NCBI GenBank assembly: GCA_030704615.1 | Contig: CM060731.1 | Coordinates: forward strand, 74,834,001 to 74,898,000 | Source of the DNA: Takakia lepidozioides | Lineage: Eukaryota > Plantae > Bryophyta | Reading direction: 5' to 3' | Length of the DNA: 64,000 nt | Shown here: positions 1 through 11,958 of the stretch, piece after piece | Position numbering within the stretch: the first letter of the stretch is position 1 | Layout: the number at the start of each line of letters is the position of its first letter | Made by a program: the position numbers and the translations under genes | The notes under the pieces: generated by a model | Seen by the model: the letters and a program-made list of their open reading frames with translations, nothing else | The model's database searches: none | What the model was told of the DNA's origin: nothing

Positions 1-171
1 AGGAGGGAGAGAGAAAGAATCCCTGGTTTTAAGAACATGGACCGTCAGACCCCTCTTACCAGTGATCAAGGGTGCTGACCAGGGTGTAGGGTGCTTCTAA
101 GCGAAATTCCCCTGAAGGTAGATTGTTGTTTGTGTGCAGGTAAATTGAAGAGGTTCGCTGAAGCACTTAAA

Positions 172-2589
172 ATGGTGCATTTCGGGCATTTTATTTCGGC
201 CAACCAGGTTACGGGCTGGGAAGAGTATATCTCTCTCTTATCTTTACTTTGTTTGCTTTTGGGTTTCTATCTGAAATGAGATTATGGAATGATGGGATTG
301 AATATGGAATGATTGAGACATAATAGACAAGCTTTATAGACACTCTTGTGCCCCTCCTATCGTTTAGGACGTAGCCCAGTTTAGGATCTACTTTGTATTG
401 CTCCTATAGCTCACACAGCAGTTTACAAATCCACTCTGAAAGAATCTGATAACTTACTATATTCTTGACCAGTTATTACATTGGCTACAAGTTTTTGAAG
501 AAGACGATAAAGCATTATGCCTCGCGGGCCACTATTGCGTCTGAAGAGGAGCGTGAGGAAATCGTGAAGTCCTTCTCTGAAATTTTAGATTCACAGGTTT
601 ATACTTCACCCTTGATGGAGGTCCTGTGTCATCCAAGGGGCTGGGGGAAGAGGGAGAGTTGGACCCAATAGACTTGGCTTGCTGTATTTTTGTGACCGTA
701 TACCCTGAGCAGAACTGTGAAGAAGAGTCAGGGAACTTATTGAGCACTTCATGCAAATGTTGACATTGATGTACCCTTGAGGGCCCAGTTACCTTGGGGA
801 ATATGCCCTGGAAGAATTAGGGCTTCATCTTCAGATATGGACTATTCCTGTACCGCTGTATCTTGTGCTGCATAGGCAGAGCAATAATAATGTGCTTTCT
901 CTGCAGATAGAGAAGATTGTCCTCTTTTTGATAGAGAAGCAAGGGGTTCTGGCTGGGCGGTTGCAAAGACTACGGGAGAGGCGAGAAAGCTCACAAGAGA
1001 CAACAGAGGGGGACACTGAAGCTGCACTACTTGAGCGACCCTCGAGCCCATGGCCATGCCTAATGGATGACTACAGGTATGATTTATACCATCAGAGAAA
1101 GGTGCTGTTGACATGCTTGTTCATCTTAAACCAAGTTCAATTGCAGCAATTGGCAAATTTTGTGGTACTCTTTGGGTGTCTGCTGTGGCAGTTTCTCTTT
1201 CTCTTCTCCTATCACAGCCTGTCCAGATGCAAAAGAAATAATGTGAAGGGAAATGTTGCAGGCAAGTGGGTCTTGAGCTTCTGCAATTATTGCACTTTGT
1301 GGAGCTTAACACTACTGGCCTTCGCAAGATACTGAAGAAGTTTGACAAGCGGGTTGGTTTTCGGCTCGGTGCACAATATATTGCCTCCCGTTCCAACCAT
1401 CCCTATTCACAGCTCCAGCAGGTCTTCCGCCAAGTGGTAGGTATTTGACTACCCTGGACATACGGAAAATCTTTTCTTCTTTCTCGTTTGACAGGAAATA
1501 TGTGGACCCATATGTTATGTCTGATAAGAAAAGCTATGGAGGAAAAGCAAGTAGGATCCATATATACTTTGGACCTGTCTTTTCACACCGATATGAGGTT
1601 CTCACTTAAAAGTTGGTGTGTGACAGGGCATAGGGGCAATGGTGGCCACCATATCTCAAAATCTTGCTGAGCTCCATTCTCAAAACTTTGAATTTAGCTC
1701 TACTAGTAGTTCTATCTCCCTCTTCCGCCAGGCCTCCCTGCCTTCACGGGTAGTTGCGCAGGAGCCCATTATTCAGGTTGGTCTGGGTCTCCTCTTCTTA
1801 TTGAATGGTGCATTTGATGAGGGAATTTGTAGTGAACTTTGACCTCTCAAAGATACTAGAGTTTCTCTTTGCTGGTCTCCTTGCTGGTATCATACGTGGC
1901 AAATAGAATCTATGATCAGATGTCAATAAACCTTACTTCAATTCATCGAAGGTGAATTCATCATGTAAGATGACATCCCAATACAAATATTGTCCTGATC
2001 ATGTGAATTGGTATATCTGTGGCTTTCAAGAAAATTGAAGGGGAGGGGGGGGGGCGGAGGGAATTGCACTAGATGCATGCCAGGTCCAAACTAGAAGATA
2101 AGGAACAATTAGATCACTGCAATTCTCTCTTAGTCAGGATCAGACTAACAGTATGTCTCTATTTGCAGGCTATTGAAGGGGCCATGCATCGACTGACACA
2201 GGAGGTCAGCTTAGCATCATTTCTGGCAAACGAGCTGTTGCTACCGACTCGAAAGGATGAGATATGTGGAATGTTGATGGAGCAGGAGGATGCCCACTTC
2301 CTATCTCTACAAATCAATCTTATGAACACTTTTCTCTACATGGTACAGGCTCTAGTGTCTCATTTTTTTTCATGTTGTCATTCATGTGCTTTGTCTGTAT
2401 GGCTGTGTGCCAGATTCTTTTCCTGCACACCCCACGCGACACGACTCCCTCTCTCCCCCCCTACATCCTTGATCTTTTCAATTTTTGTTCAAATATGATT
2501 CGGCAGACGTTTGTGTACCCATTACAAGCTAATGCTAGCACAGAGGGTGTCTATCGTGAACCACCTACAAGTAGAAGACTCTCTGTGGA

Positions 2590-2627
<38 letters not shown>

Positions 2628-5600
2628 ACATCCCGCTCAAACTGGGCGCGGGGTCAATGGCCACAAGGCTACGGCAAACAACGTCTTCATAATGGACAAA
2701 ATTTTGTTCCCCCAGTGTGCCAATGTGTTGATCGACAGAACTGATATTGGTACCTCTGACCACTTCCTGGTTTGGACTGAGATCAAAAGGTGTTTTCCCA
2801 CCACCAAGAGATCTGTGAAACGTTCGATTCGGAAGTGGCGCATAGGAAAATTCTACAATGAGGAGGTCAAGGCTGAGTACGTCCAGGCCTTGCAAGAGGC
2901 TCTCCCTCATTTTGTCCAATCGCTCCAAGAACTTCAGTCACGCTCTGTTAACGCAAGAAATGAAGTCGAAAGAGCAGTGGACTCTTGGGAGAGTTTCGTT
3001 TCCTCCGTGGCTGACAAGATCATTGGGAGGAAACTAATTGTCTGCGGTAGAGCAGTTAATTGGTGGACTAATGAGATTAAACTCAAGATAGCTGAGAGAC
3101 GAGCCCTCTATAAAGAGTGCTGCAATTTGGAAACCAACAGAGAATTGTGGGCGAGGTACTACCAGCTCCGTAAAGATATCAATCAGCTTGTTAGGTCTCA
3201 GAAGAAAGTATACTGGGACAAGTTATACAGTGAAATAAACTCAAACCACCATGGTGGTAATGACAAGAAATTCTGGTTGGCCCTTCAACGTTTGTACAAG
3301 CCGAAAAACGGTCAGCAAGTACAAGCGCTGAAGACTACTAAAGGTGCAGTGGTGACTTCATCGGTTGACATTGTCAAAACCTTTGAAACTCACTACAGTA
3401 TCCTTGGCAGAACTTCTAGGTCTAACAGTGTGGGGTCTTCTGCTGAATGGAGGGACACAGTTGGAAAAACTGTCCCTATGATTCAAACAGCCCTGATGAA
3501 CTGGAGTATATTTCAATGGCTTATAATGCTCCCATTAGTTCTTCTGAGATTGTGGAAGCAATTGAACATTTAAATGGATACAAAGCTGGTGGACCTGATG
3601 GTATTGTCAACGAGCTAATCAAGCACGGTGGCGATCCCATGATAGAGGCCCTAGTTCTCCTCTTTAACCTTATCTGGAAGACTGAAATGATCCCCTTTCG
3701 CTGGCGACAGGGGGTCATTGTCAATCTATACAAGAAGGGTGACAGAGAAGAACCGGGGAACTACCGTGGCATCACGCTCCTCAATGCTGTTGGCAAGACA
3801 TTCTGTAGAGTTATAAGTACTCGTCTCGAGGTTGATCTGTTTCCACGAAGGCCAAGCTGGCTTTCGGCGAAACAGGGGCTGTGTGGATCATATCTTCACT
3901 CTAAGCCAGATTATCCAGGGAAGGAAAAAAGAAGGGAAACCCACTTATGTCTTTTTCCTGGATGTCAAAAAGGCTTATGACACAGTGTGGAGAGATGGCC
4001 TATGGTTCCACCTCTGGTCTTGTGGGATCAAGGGAAAGATGTGGAGAGTTGTCCACAACTTGTATGCTCACACCAAAAGCTGTGTCACTGTTAACGGACA
4101 GAAGTCCAACTTCTTTGACATAGACCAAGGTGTAGCTCAAGGTTGTACTCTCTCCCCTCTGCTCTTCAATGTTTTCATCAATCAACTCCTCGAGGATGTG
4201 GAAAGTGAGGGATTTGGGTTAAGGGTGGGTGATACCACCATACCAGCCCTTATGTTTGCGGATGACTTCGCAGGCATAGGGGAGACTCCAACCAATCTCC
4301 AGGAGTTGATTGATTGCGCGAAGAGATACTTTGATCTTTGGGGGCTAGAGGCTAATGTCAGCAAATGTGCAGTGGTAACATTCAACGACAGAGGAGAGGG
4401 AGGAAGTGATCTTAAGTGGCACTGGGGTAGCCAAGAGATCCCGGTCCTCCCTTCCTACACTTACCTGGGCGTTGAGTTCTCCTCCAATTGTAATTGGGAT
4501 GCACATATCCGGAAAGTTGTTCAAACTGGCAAGGGCAAAGCTCTGGGGCTCACTAAATTTTTCCACTGCAGAGGGGTCAACTCTGAGGTTAAGAAAACCA
4601 TGCTTTGTCGCGTTATTAGACCTGCCTTGGAGTACAGATCTGCTATATGGGTTGATAACTCCAACCAGGCTAAGTCTCTAGAATCCATTCAAGTGGGGGT
4701 GCTTAAGGAGTGTATGTCAGCATGCTCCAAAACAGCCAATGTGGCTGTTCGGGGTGAGTTTGGCATTCCGTCCTTAAGCTCCCGACGAGATGAATTCAAG
4801 GTCAGATGGTGGGGTCAGCTGCAACATATGCCCAACACCAGATATCCTAAGTTAATCGACTCTATATCTTGGAAACAGGACCGCCCTGTCAAACAGGCTA
4901 AGTCCTGGCAGAAGAGAGTAGAAGAGATTCTCAAGGACCTGGACCTGGATCCGCAAGTCTTGACCCTGCTGGATAAATCTGACTTAGAGGCTGTAGTGTC
5001 CTCAGCCATGTCTGTTGCCATGAGATTGTCTGTTGAGAATGAAGTTAGGCAGAAAACTTCCCTGAACTTGTTTCCAGTCTGTGACATGGGGGAGGACATC
5101 TTGGATGACCTCAAGGGTCTACCCACTCTCGGCACTAGACTGAAATTTAAACTCAGGGCAGGAAGCCTACCTTTGAACAGCAAACAGAAGCAGAGAGGAA
5201 AGGGAGAGTGCAATTGCCCGTTGTGTGGGCAATCTGAAGACAGTATTCATTTTCTGATACACTGTCCGGGGTTCTCTCACCAAAGAGACGCTCTCTTCAA
5301 ATCTAATAAGGGAATTGTGCCTGTACCCCTGTTTACCAACTTTGAAAGTCTCGAGGCTGAGCCAAAAGCCCAGGCCCTCCTGAGGCCTAGTTTTTGGGCA
5401 AATCACACACAGCAGATTGATGCTTGTGTGAAGGGATTTCTAGAGGATATCTGGAAAACCCGGATTAATTCTTTATATGGAGGTAAGTCTTACTACCAAC
5501 GTCAGCCCCTGACAGAGGTAGGTTCTGTCCCTTTTGTTCCCGCTCAAACTGGGCGCGGGGTCAATGGCCACAAGGCTACGGCAAACAACGTCTTATGAGT

Positions 5601-5887
5601 ACAATCTCTCTCTCTACAACCTTTGGTATGGATTGTCCTAGATATCTTTTCAGATAATTAGAAGGACATAACCATCCCTAAGATGCAGCAATTATAAGGT
5701 AACCTGCTCAGGGACTTCAATTTTTTTTTTTAAAAGAGGATCACCTGCAAAGGCCCTTTTTAAGGAGGTGTATTTAGCAGTGCACTAATTAGGAGGTGTA
5801 TTTAAGGAGGTGTAAATACCTCGTTCTGCCCAAACTAGGCACGGGGTCTGTGGCCACAAGGCTACGGCAAAATATGTCTTATGAGTA

Positions 5888-5930
<43 letters not shown>

Positions 5931-8900
5931 CCCTTCTAGGGATTTCTAGAGGATATCTGGAAAACCCGGATTAATTCTTTATATGAAGGTAAGTCTTACT
6001 ACCAACGTCAGCCCCTGACAGAGGTAGGTTCTGTTCCTTTTGTTCCCGCTCAAACTGGGCGCGGGGTCAATGGCCACAAGGCTACGGCAAACAACGTCTT
6101 ATGAGTACAATCTCTCTGACCCCTTCTGCTGGGCAGAGTGATGCTTGTGTGAAGGGCTTTCTAAAGGAAATCTGGAATGCCCAAACATGTCTATATCATG
6201 GTAACTTACTACTGGAGTGAGACACAGCTAGCGTCTGCTCCCTTTTGTTCAACCCAACGTGGGTGCACAAAGGTGGCATACAACCATAACCCACTAATTT
6301 CGAAAGTTCCAAGATTATTCTCACTACTATTTGCTGATGTGCTTAATGTACATGTCATTGAAATGCAGGTGAATTACTATATAGTTGTTCCATCATCTGA
6401 CGACTATGCAGAACAACTACATGCACCAGCCACCTTGTGCGGTGTTATCATTGGCTCCATGCCATTGGCTGCTCTTATCTCCTCACTTGTCTATAGCTGG
6501 TGGTCCAACTATTCCTACAAGGCCCCTCTGATTGTTAGCACTTTAATTTTGATATCAGGCAACTTACTGTACGCGCTGGCCCTCTACTTCAACTCTGTCT
6601 GGTTTCTGCTGATTGGCCGGTTTCTCTGCGGGTATCCTTCTCTCACTCGAGCAATATTTTTATTTTTGGCTCTGGTTTTGTTTCCTCTCTCATGTTTTCT
6701 TCCATTTTGTCCCATAAGCTCTACTAGCTTTCCGCGGACGTTATAAAGCACCATTTCATTTCATTTCTCCTGTGTTGTATTGAGTCCTAAGGACCCTATG
6801 GCCCCCTTGTGGCCTCAATAGTTTTTTCTTTTCTTTGTTTCTTCTTTCTTTTTCTCAGTTTGGCCTCAAGGTTGCCAAGTCTAACGAGTGGTTCATGCTG
6901 GCTTTCTTTCTCTCTCTCCCCCCTTTCTGCTCCATCCATTCCGAGCGCAGGCCTTCTGGCCACAATGAGATGTCTCCTTAACCTCATCTTTTGTTCTGAA
7001 GTCTTCCCATAAGCTCTTTGAGCTTATCAAGGATGTTATATAGTTGCTTTTTTCGTTCTGTCTCCCTCTCTTTGAGCTTGCACTCCCCGTAAACATGCAT
7101 TTCTTTCTTTCTTTCTTGGGTTCTGGTTTTGTTCCTCTCTCATGTTTTCTTCCATTTTGTCCCATAAGCTCTATGAGCTTTCCGCGGACGTTATAAAGCA
7201 CCATTTCATTCATTTCATTTCCTCTGGATTATTTCCCCCATATGACATCTGTGTGATGCTTTATGGAAGGTAGCAGCTCCAAATAACTAGGCTTAGTGCC
7301 TGCTACCATTGACCTGAGATATTTGGACCCCATATTTGGCAGTCCAATATGTTTCCCAGGTCATTTGAATCAAGGGTGTATTCTCCCCATAGACACCTTA
7401 CACATGGGAAAGTCAGCTGCTGGAGTCAACTCAAGAACAAGAGAGAGGAGAGTTTCCTGCTCAACTTGACAGGCGCTAACAGGTTATCTCGTGGAAGTCG
7501 CTAGCTATTGCCAGTTTTAGAAACAAGGCATCTGGGAGATTCTCTGAGCTTCCCACGTTCATCTGTGTTTTTTATGTGTGCAGGTTAGGAGGGGCAAGGG
7601 CAATCAATAGGCGTTACATTTCTGACCATGTGCCTGTTAAGCAACTCACAAGTGCATCCGCTGCCTTTGTGAGTGCAAGTGCACTGGGTATGGCAGCTGG
7701 CCCTGCTCTAGCTGGGTTTTTTAACAGAATTAACTTCAAGGTATTCACATCCTTCGCCTGCCACTACAATTGTTCCACAATATGCATTTCTTTCTAGTTC
7801 CCATGTAAATGGAGCATACTCTAAACAGGTTTACTAACATCTTGGTCAATCCTACTTCCTGGATTTTTGCTCTTATTGCTATCCTAAGATTACTGTTTTC
7901 CCTGCAGATTTATGGTGCACCAGTTAATTTCGCCACAGCACCTGGTTGGCTGATGGCATGCGCATGGGGGTTGTACCTCATTCTCACCTTCCTCTTCTTC
8001 AAAGAACCAGCTTCTTCCAAGCCAACCATGAGACAAAACTCTGATAAGGGTATAGACATAACAGGAGTTGGTTCTCCTAAATCAACACTCACCGCCCCGT
8101 TGTTGTCAGACTGTCCTCCCCATTCACTGATTTTTGAGCATAGAAAGGATACTGACGTCGATGATGAAGAGGAGGGGGAAGGGGACGACTCAGACTGTGG
8201 AGATGACAAAGCTGTTGAAACATTGGGTGCACTATTAAAGGAGTTGACATTACCCGTCAAGATATTACTGTGGGTGTACTTCATGTTGAAGTTTGCCTCA
8301 GAGATTCTTATCTCCGAGTCAAGCGTACTCTCTGGATTTTACTTCAACTGGACTTCCTCTCAGGTGGGATTTTTAAGCTACAAGATAATATGTACTCATG
8401 CTGTTCCTTGCAAACGTTGGCTTGCCATAGCCTTACGGTCATTGACCCATGGGAAACGAACCCTCCCGGAGCCTTTTGGTGGGTTTCGCACCCATCAGGG
8501 AAAAGCTTATCCCGGCAGCTCAGCTGCAGGTATAAACTTATTGTCCCACAACTGCCATTAAGGCACTCACAGGAGCACTTGTCCTCATGCAAACTCGACA
8601 GCCAGGTTGCAGCGTTTTTTATTTTAGTTTTATAGCCCTGCGTTTACCACAGAAATGACATGCATGGGGATGTGCAGGGCACCGGAGGCTTCCGCCCGTC
8701 ACTCTGGGTTGCGTGCAGGGTGAAAGCTACAAGATAGAGAATGAGAGACAGGAATATGTGTACCTGCCCTTGGATGGTGATTAAGTGATGTGAGAGGACT
8801 GTTTCAGAGCCTTGATCAAACCCTGCATCCTGAGCTTCAGGATTGTCCAGACCTGGGGCCACTATCAGTTTCTACAGAGAAAGAACAGAAGGTAGCATTA

Positions 8901-10139
8901 TCTTTATTGTGTCCACTGATAGCACAGTTTAGGGGACTAGAGGGTCAAAATTTGGTGCCCTTCATGTTGTATTTCTCATAAAGAGCATACTCATGGGTTA
9001 CATAGTTCTACTAATATTATGGAGCCCACTGGTGATGTTCATGTGTCATTTTTGGTGCATGCAGGTGGGTCTCTTTTTGGGGATTTTAGGTCTGACGGTG
9101 CTACCAATCAGCGCTGTTGTCGGCAACTACATCAGTAACATTTATGAAGATAGGTGAGTCTCTCGATGTGGTTTAAACTGATGGGATGGAATGAGGAATG
9201 TCGTTGTTGTCGGAGCCGTATAGGGAATAAGGAAAAGGAGGGAGCAGAAAGAGGTAAGGAAATACTCAGAGAGAACATGAACAGAAGGGAGTAGAAGTAC
9301 TCTGCAGCTGAGCAAATGGAATTTTAAAGGTGGAAATTGGTGGAACAGGGTGGTACTTGTATGGTCGGAGGTGTGCACGGCTATAGGTGTTGTGGCCATC
9401 TTCTGCTTCTGCCCATGGCTGCCCTACAGCAGTTACCAATATGTGGCTGCTGCCATCATCATTTTTGTCTCCACAAATGTACTTGAAGGTAGGACCTGCT
9501 GCCTTTGTTGTGTATTTATGTTTATGCATCTCCTGGTAAACTGCCAATGCACATTGGAAGTATTTGACTTTTAATGTGGTCAGTTCACAGATGTTTGCAA
9601 TGGAACACTCATAACTGATGCATTTTGGTGCCAATTCTAGGACATCTTCAGCTGCTACAGTATGTGTTTGAAAGTCATGCAATGGACTAACCCATCTTAT
9701 ATATTCTAAGATATCATTGAATTGGCAAAGATGTCTGTGGAGTATTATCTGTCAAATGCTTATGCTTCCCATTTGACACCCATAAGGTGGGTTAATTAAG
9801 CCGTGCCTCTCTCTTTTCTTTCCATGTGTAATGCTCTGCTTTGGAGCTGAAGAGCTGGGTGCTTTGGGACTGCTTACATTTTTGCTTTTGTGAGGTGCAG
9901 GTGTAAATATGTCGCTATTGTCAAAAGTGATGTCTCCACGTCTTTCTCGAGGCGTATTTAATTGTGGCCTTCTCTCCACTGAGGCTGGAACCCTTGCAAG
10001 GGCACTAGCAGATGGCCTAATAACAGTCGTTGGAAGGGCAGGGGAAGGTTATTTGCTCAATTTAACAATGATACCCACCTTAATAATCGTAATTTTAACG
10101 ACAGCATATACTTGGGTAGGCTATTACTCCCTGTATTGA
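172..10139 (+). CDS. SPX-MFS vacuolar phosphate transporter (PHT5/VPT family). Coding exons: 172-224, 473-596, 907-1076, 1262-1436, 1627-1776, 2169-2342, 6369-6631, 7584-7740, 7908-8363, 9065-9153, 9349-9488, 9901-10139 (~729 aa)
   Basis: N-terminal SPX motifs ([18 protein letters not shown]; [19 protein letters not shown]; [14 protein letters not shown]) followed by MFS motifs ([17 protein letters not shown]; [13 protein letters not shown]; [15 protein letters not shown]; [20 protein letters not shown]). All introns are GT-AG and the exon phases sum to an open frame of 2190 nt. Confidence 0.93.
2592..2627. repeat. (TC)n microsatellite, the LINE target; a second tract is at 5891-5927
   Basis: Read directly from the sequence. 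Confidence 0.9.
2631..5604 (+). mobile_element. 5'-truncated non-LTR retrotransposon (APE-RT LINE, RTEX-like) in intron 6 of the SPX-MFS gene; ORF has two frameshifts
   Basis: End of AP-endonuclease (SDHFLVW), RT motifs ([51 protein letters not shown]) and a C-terminal CPLC..H..C knuckle. A 14-bp TSD tctctctctctaca lies at 2617-2630 and 5605-5618. Confidence 0.92.
5619..5890 (+). mobile_element. Older non-autonomous (SINE-like or chimeric) element ending in a diverged copy of the LINE 3' tail
   Basis: 5822-5890 matches the LINE tail (ggccacaaggctacggcaaa..gtcttatgagtaca) and is followed by (TC)n. The upstream ~200 bp does not resemble the LINE ORF. Confidence 0.55.
5938..6110 (+). mobile_element. 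173-bp 5'-truncated copy of the same LINE
   Basis: Near-identical to the last ~173 nt of the 2631-5604 element. 17-bp TSD tctctctgaccccttct at 5921-5937 and 6111-6127. Confidence 0.9.
6130..6290 (+). mobile_element. Old, diverged 3' fragment of the same LINE lineage
   Basis: gatgcttgtgtgaagggctttctaaaggaaatctggaa aligns to gatgcttgtgtgaagggatttctagaggatatctggaa at ~5419-5456. Confidence 0.6.
6671..7215 (+). repeat. Intronic direct duplication of ~95 bp (6671-6765 and 7122-7215)
   Basis: cctctctcatgttttcttccattttgtcccataagctct..agctttccgcggacgttataaagcaccatttcatt occurs twice. Confidence 0.8.
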
Positions 10140-10153
10140 TTCTTCAATGTGCT

Positions 10154-10337
10154 AGACAACCAAGTTGTAGCCCCAGTGGTAATGGTCACATACCACATTG
10201 GAAGTGGTTCTGGGTTCAATCCACCAATTGGTGTGACAAAGGTGTCCACCTTCCCACCAGAAGGCAGTAGCCCTTGGGGGTCAAGAGACACCATAATTTA
10301 CTCTTCCTTGGGGAGGCATCCTACCTTTTTCTTTTTC
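10154..10337 (+). mobile_element. tRNA-derived SINE with a T-rich tail, 14 bp after the SPX-MFS stop codon
   Basis: Pol III A-box tagccccagtgg and B-box ggttcaatcc. TSD tcaatgtgct at 10144-10153 and 10338-10347. A related copy is at 21870-22065. Confidence 0.85.
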
Positions 10338-10880
10338 TCAATGTGCTGACGACTATCGTTAATAAACTGATGTTTGCACTAAACAGGCGACTAGCTGCTG
10401 TTGAGACCACTGACCAGTAAAAGGAGTTTGCTAATGGCTTCACATAGTGCAACTATTGTCGTTGAGCTCTGTTGGATCTAAACTAAAGACGGTGGGAACC
10501 TGGTGCTAAGTATGTCCGGACCCTACTGGTATGTACTATCAGGCTTAGTACGGGGTGCGCCCAATATGCTAAGCCTGGAAGTGTCCAGCCCGTAGCAGAG
10601 AGGTAATGTACGGTACTTAATGGTGTTGCTACCGAAACATGCATGCAATCTGGGTTTAAGAATTGGTATGAGTCCATGGTTAGGGTAGATTTTTCATAGT
10701 GCAAATATGGTAGACACATTGGTGCAAGAAGGTTATGAGATTGCTCAATTCTTTGCATTCGTTCTGCACATTGAATTTCATGTGTGGTGTACTTGCATTA
10801 TCCTAAACATCTCGTTGTACTCATTCATGCGGTTTTTTGGAGTTGTTTTGACTTTGGAAGCTAATATCAGATGAGGATTA

Positions 10881-11586
10881 GGCTCTCATTTTTTAATAAT
10901 AGGGTCATGAATGCCCGGGCGGGCCCCGCAAGTACGACCCTCACCGGTGAACCGCCCATTCACCGGGTGGGCGAGATTCTGAAATTTTTCTTAAGTCCTT
11001 GTTCTTGTACCGTGGCGGACCTTCTAAGAGGGCAGACCCTCCAACAGACCGACTCCAACCTTCTAGCAGACAGGCAGGCAGACTCTCCAGCAGACCGGCG
11101 AGCGGACTGGCACCTCTCCAGCAGACTGGGCAGACCCCCCTCCAGCAGACCGGCAGACTTTCCAAGCAAACCGAGCAGACCCCCCTCCGGCACCTCCGGC
11201 AGACCAGCTTGGACCCTCCACCAAACTGGCTGACCCTTCGACAAAATATATAATTAATAACACACATTACCGTCACAGTATAACCTAACGAGATCAAACC
11301 TCGTGTTTATCAATTATTGCTCTTAACCACCACACTACCCACCACTTTCTACAAACCCATGCAATAACTAATGCTTTATGTGGATATTGTGGCCCAGCAA
11401 ACTAGTTCATGTGTTTTGTGGGCCCCAGCAGACCCGCTTGTCGGGCAGACCCAGCAGCAGACCGGCGGGGATTGGCGGGGTCCGGGTAAGGGCGCTCCCA
11501 CCCTCCGCGACCCCCTCTGCCACACGCGGCCCCGCTGCAGCAAATTGTGCGGGCATTCATGACCCTATTATTGTTAAATGAGAAGC
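10881..11586. mobile_element. PIF/Harbinger (Tourist-like) MITE
   Basis: ~35-bp imperfect TIRs (ctcatttt..aataatagggtcatgaatgccc and gggcattcatgaccctattatt..aaatgag), TTA on both flanks (10878-10880, 11587-11589), internal cagcagac repeats and no coding capacity. Confidence 0.8.
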
Positions 11587-11958
11587 TTAGGATTATGAAC
11601 AAGCTAGCACTACATTTCGCGCATGCTCCAGTTCATACCAGATGTGGTACCTGTAAATTTTAAAATATTGAGCATTCGCATGATACTAGGACTACGAATA
11701 TGAGCAAATTTTAGTGACTACTGAAGGTCAAGGTCAGAGACTATTTCAGTGTAGAGCAGGAATAGGGTGCCATAGTGACACATCATTGTCGTCATTTTTA
11801 GCTATCAAAATAAAACAAAATAAATAAAACTGAATTTTGAAGATCTTTTTTGCAAATCTGCTCTAATAGCTCTTGCTTCCTTTCTTCAGTCACGTCATCG
11901 TCGTCAATTTTGCTGCCCAGGAAAAAGAATTTGTCTTTTTTTTTTTTGTCAAGCTGTT

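Noticed and set aside
2631-5604. Terminal direct repeats suggesting an LTR or Penelope-like element
   Set aside because: The protein is APE-RT LINE type, with no GIY-YIG, integrase, PBS or TG..CA. The 14-bp TSD fits TPRT.
5538-5604. Self-cleaving ribozyme (HDV-like or hammerhead) in the LINE tail
   Set aside because: Only two simple hairpins could be drawn. No nested pseudoknot or CUGANGA/GAAA core was found.
10165-10230. tRNA gene
   Set aside because: A and B boxes are present, but there is no full cloverleaf and the sequence is part of a TSD-flanked SINE.
10871-11602. Several overlapping ORFs in the ORF track
   Set aside because: They arise from GC-rich short repeats inside a MITE and have no protein motifs.
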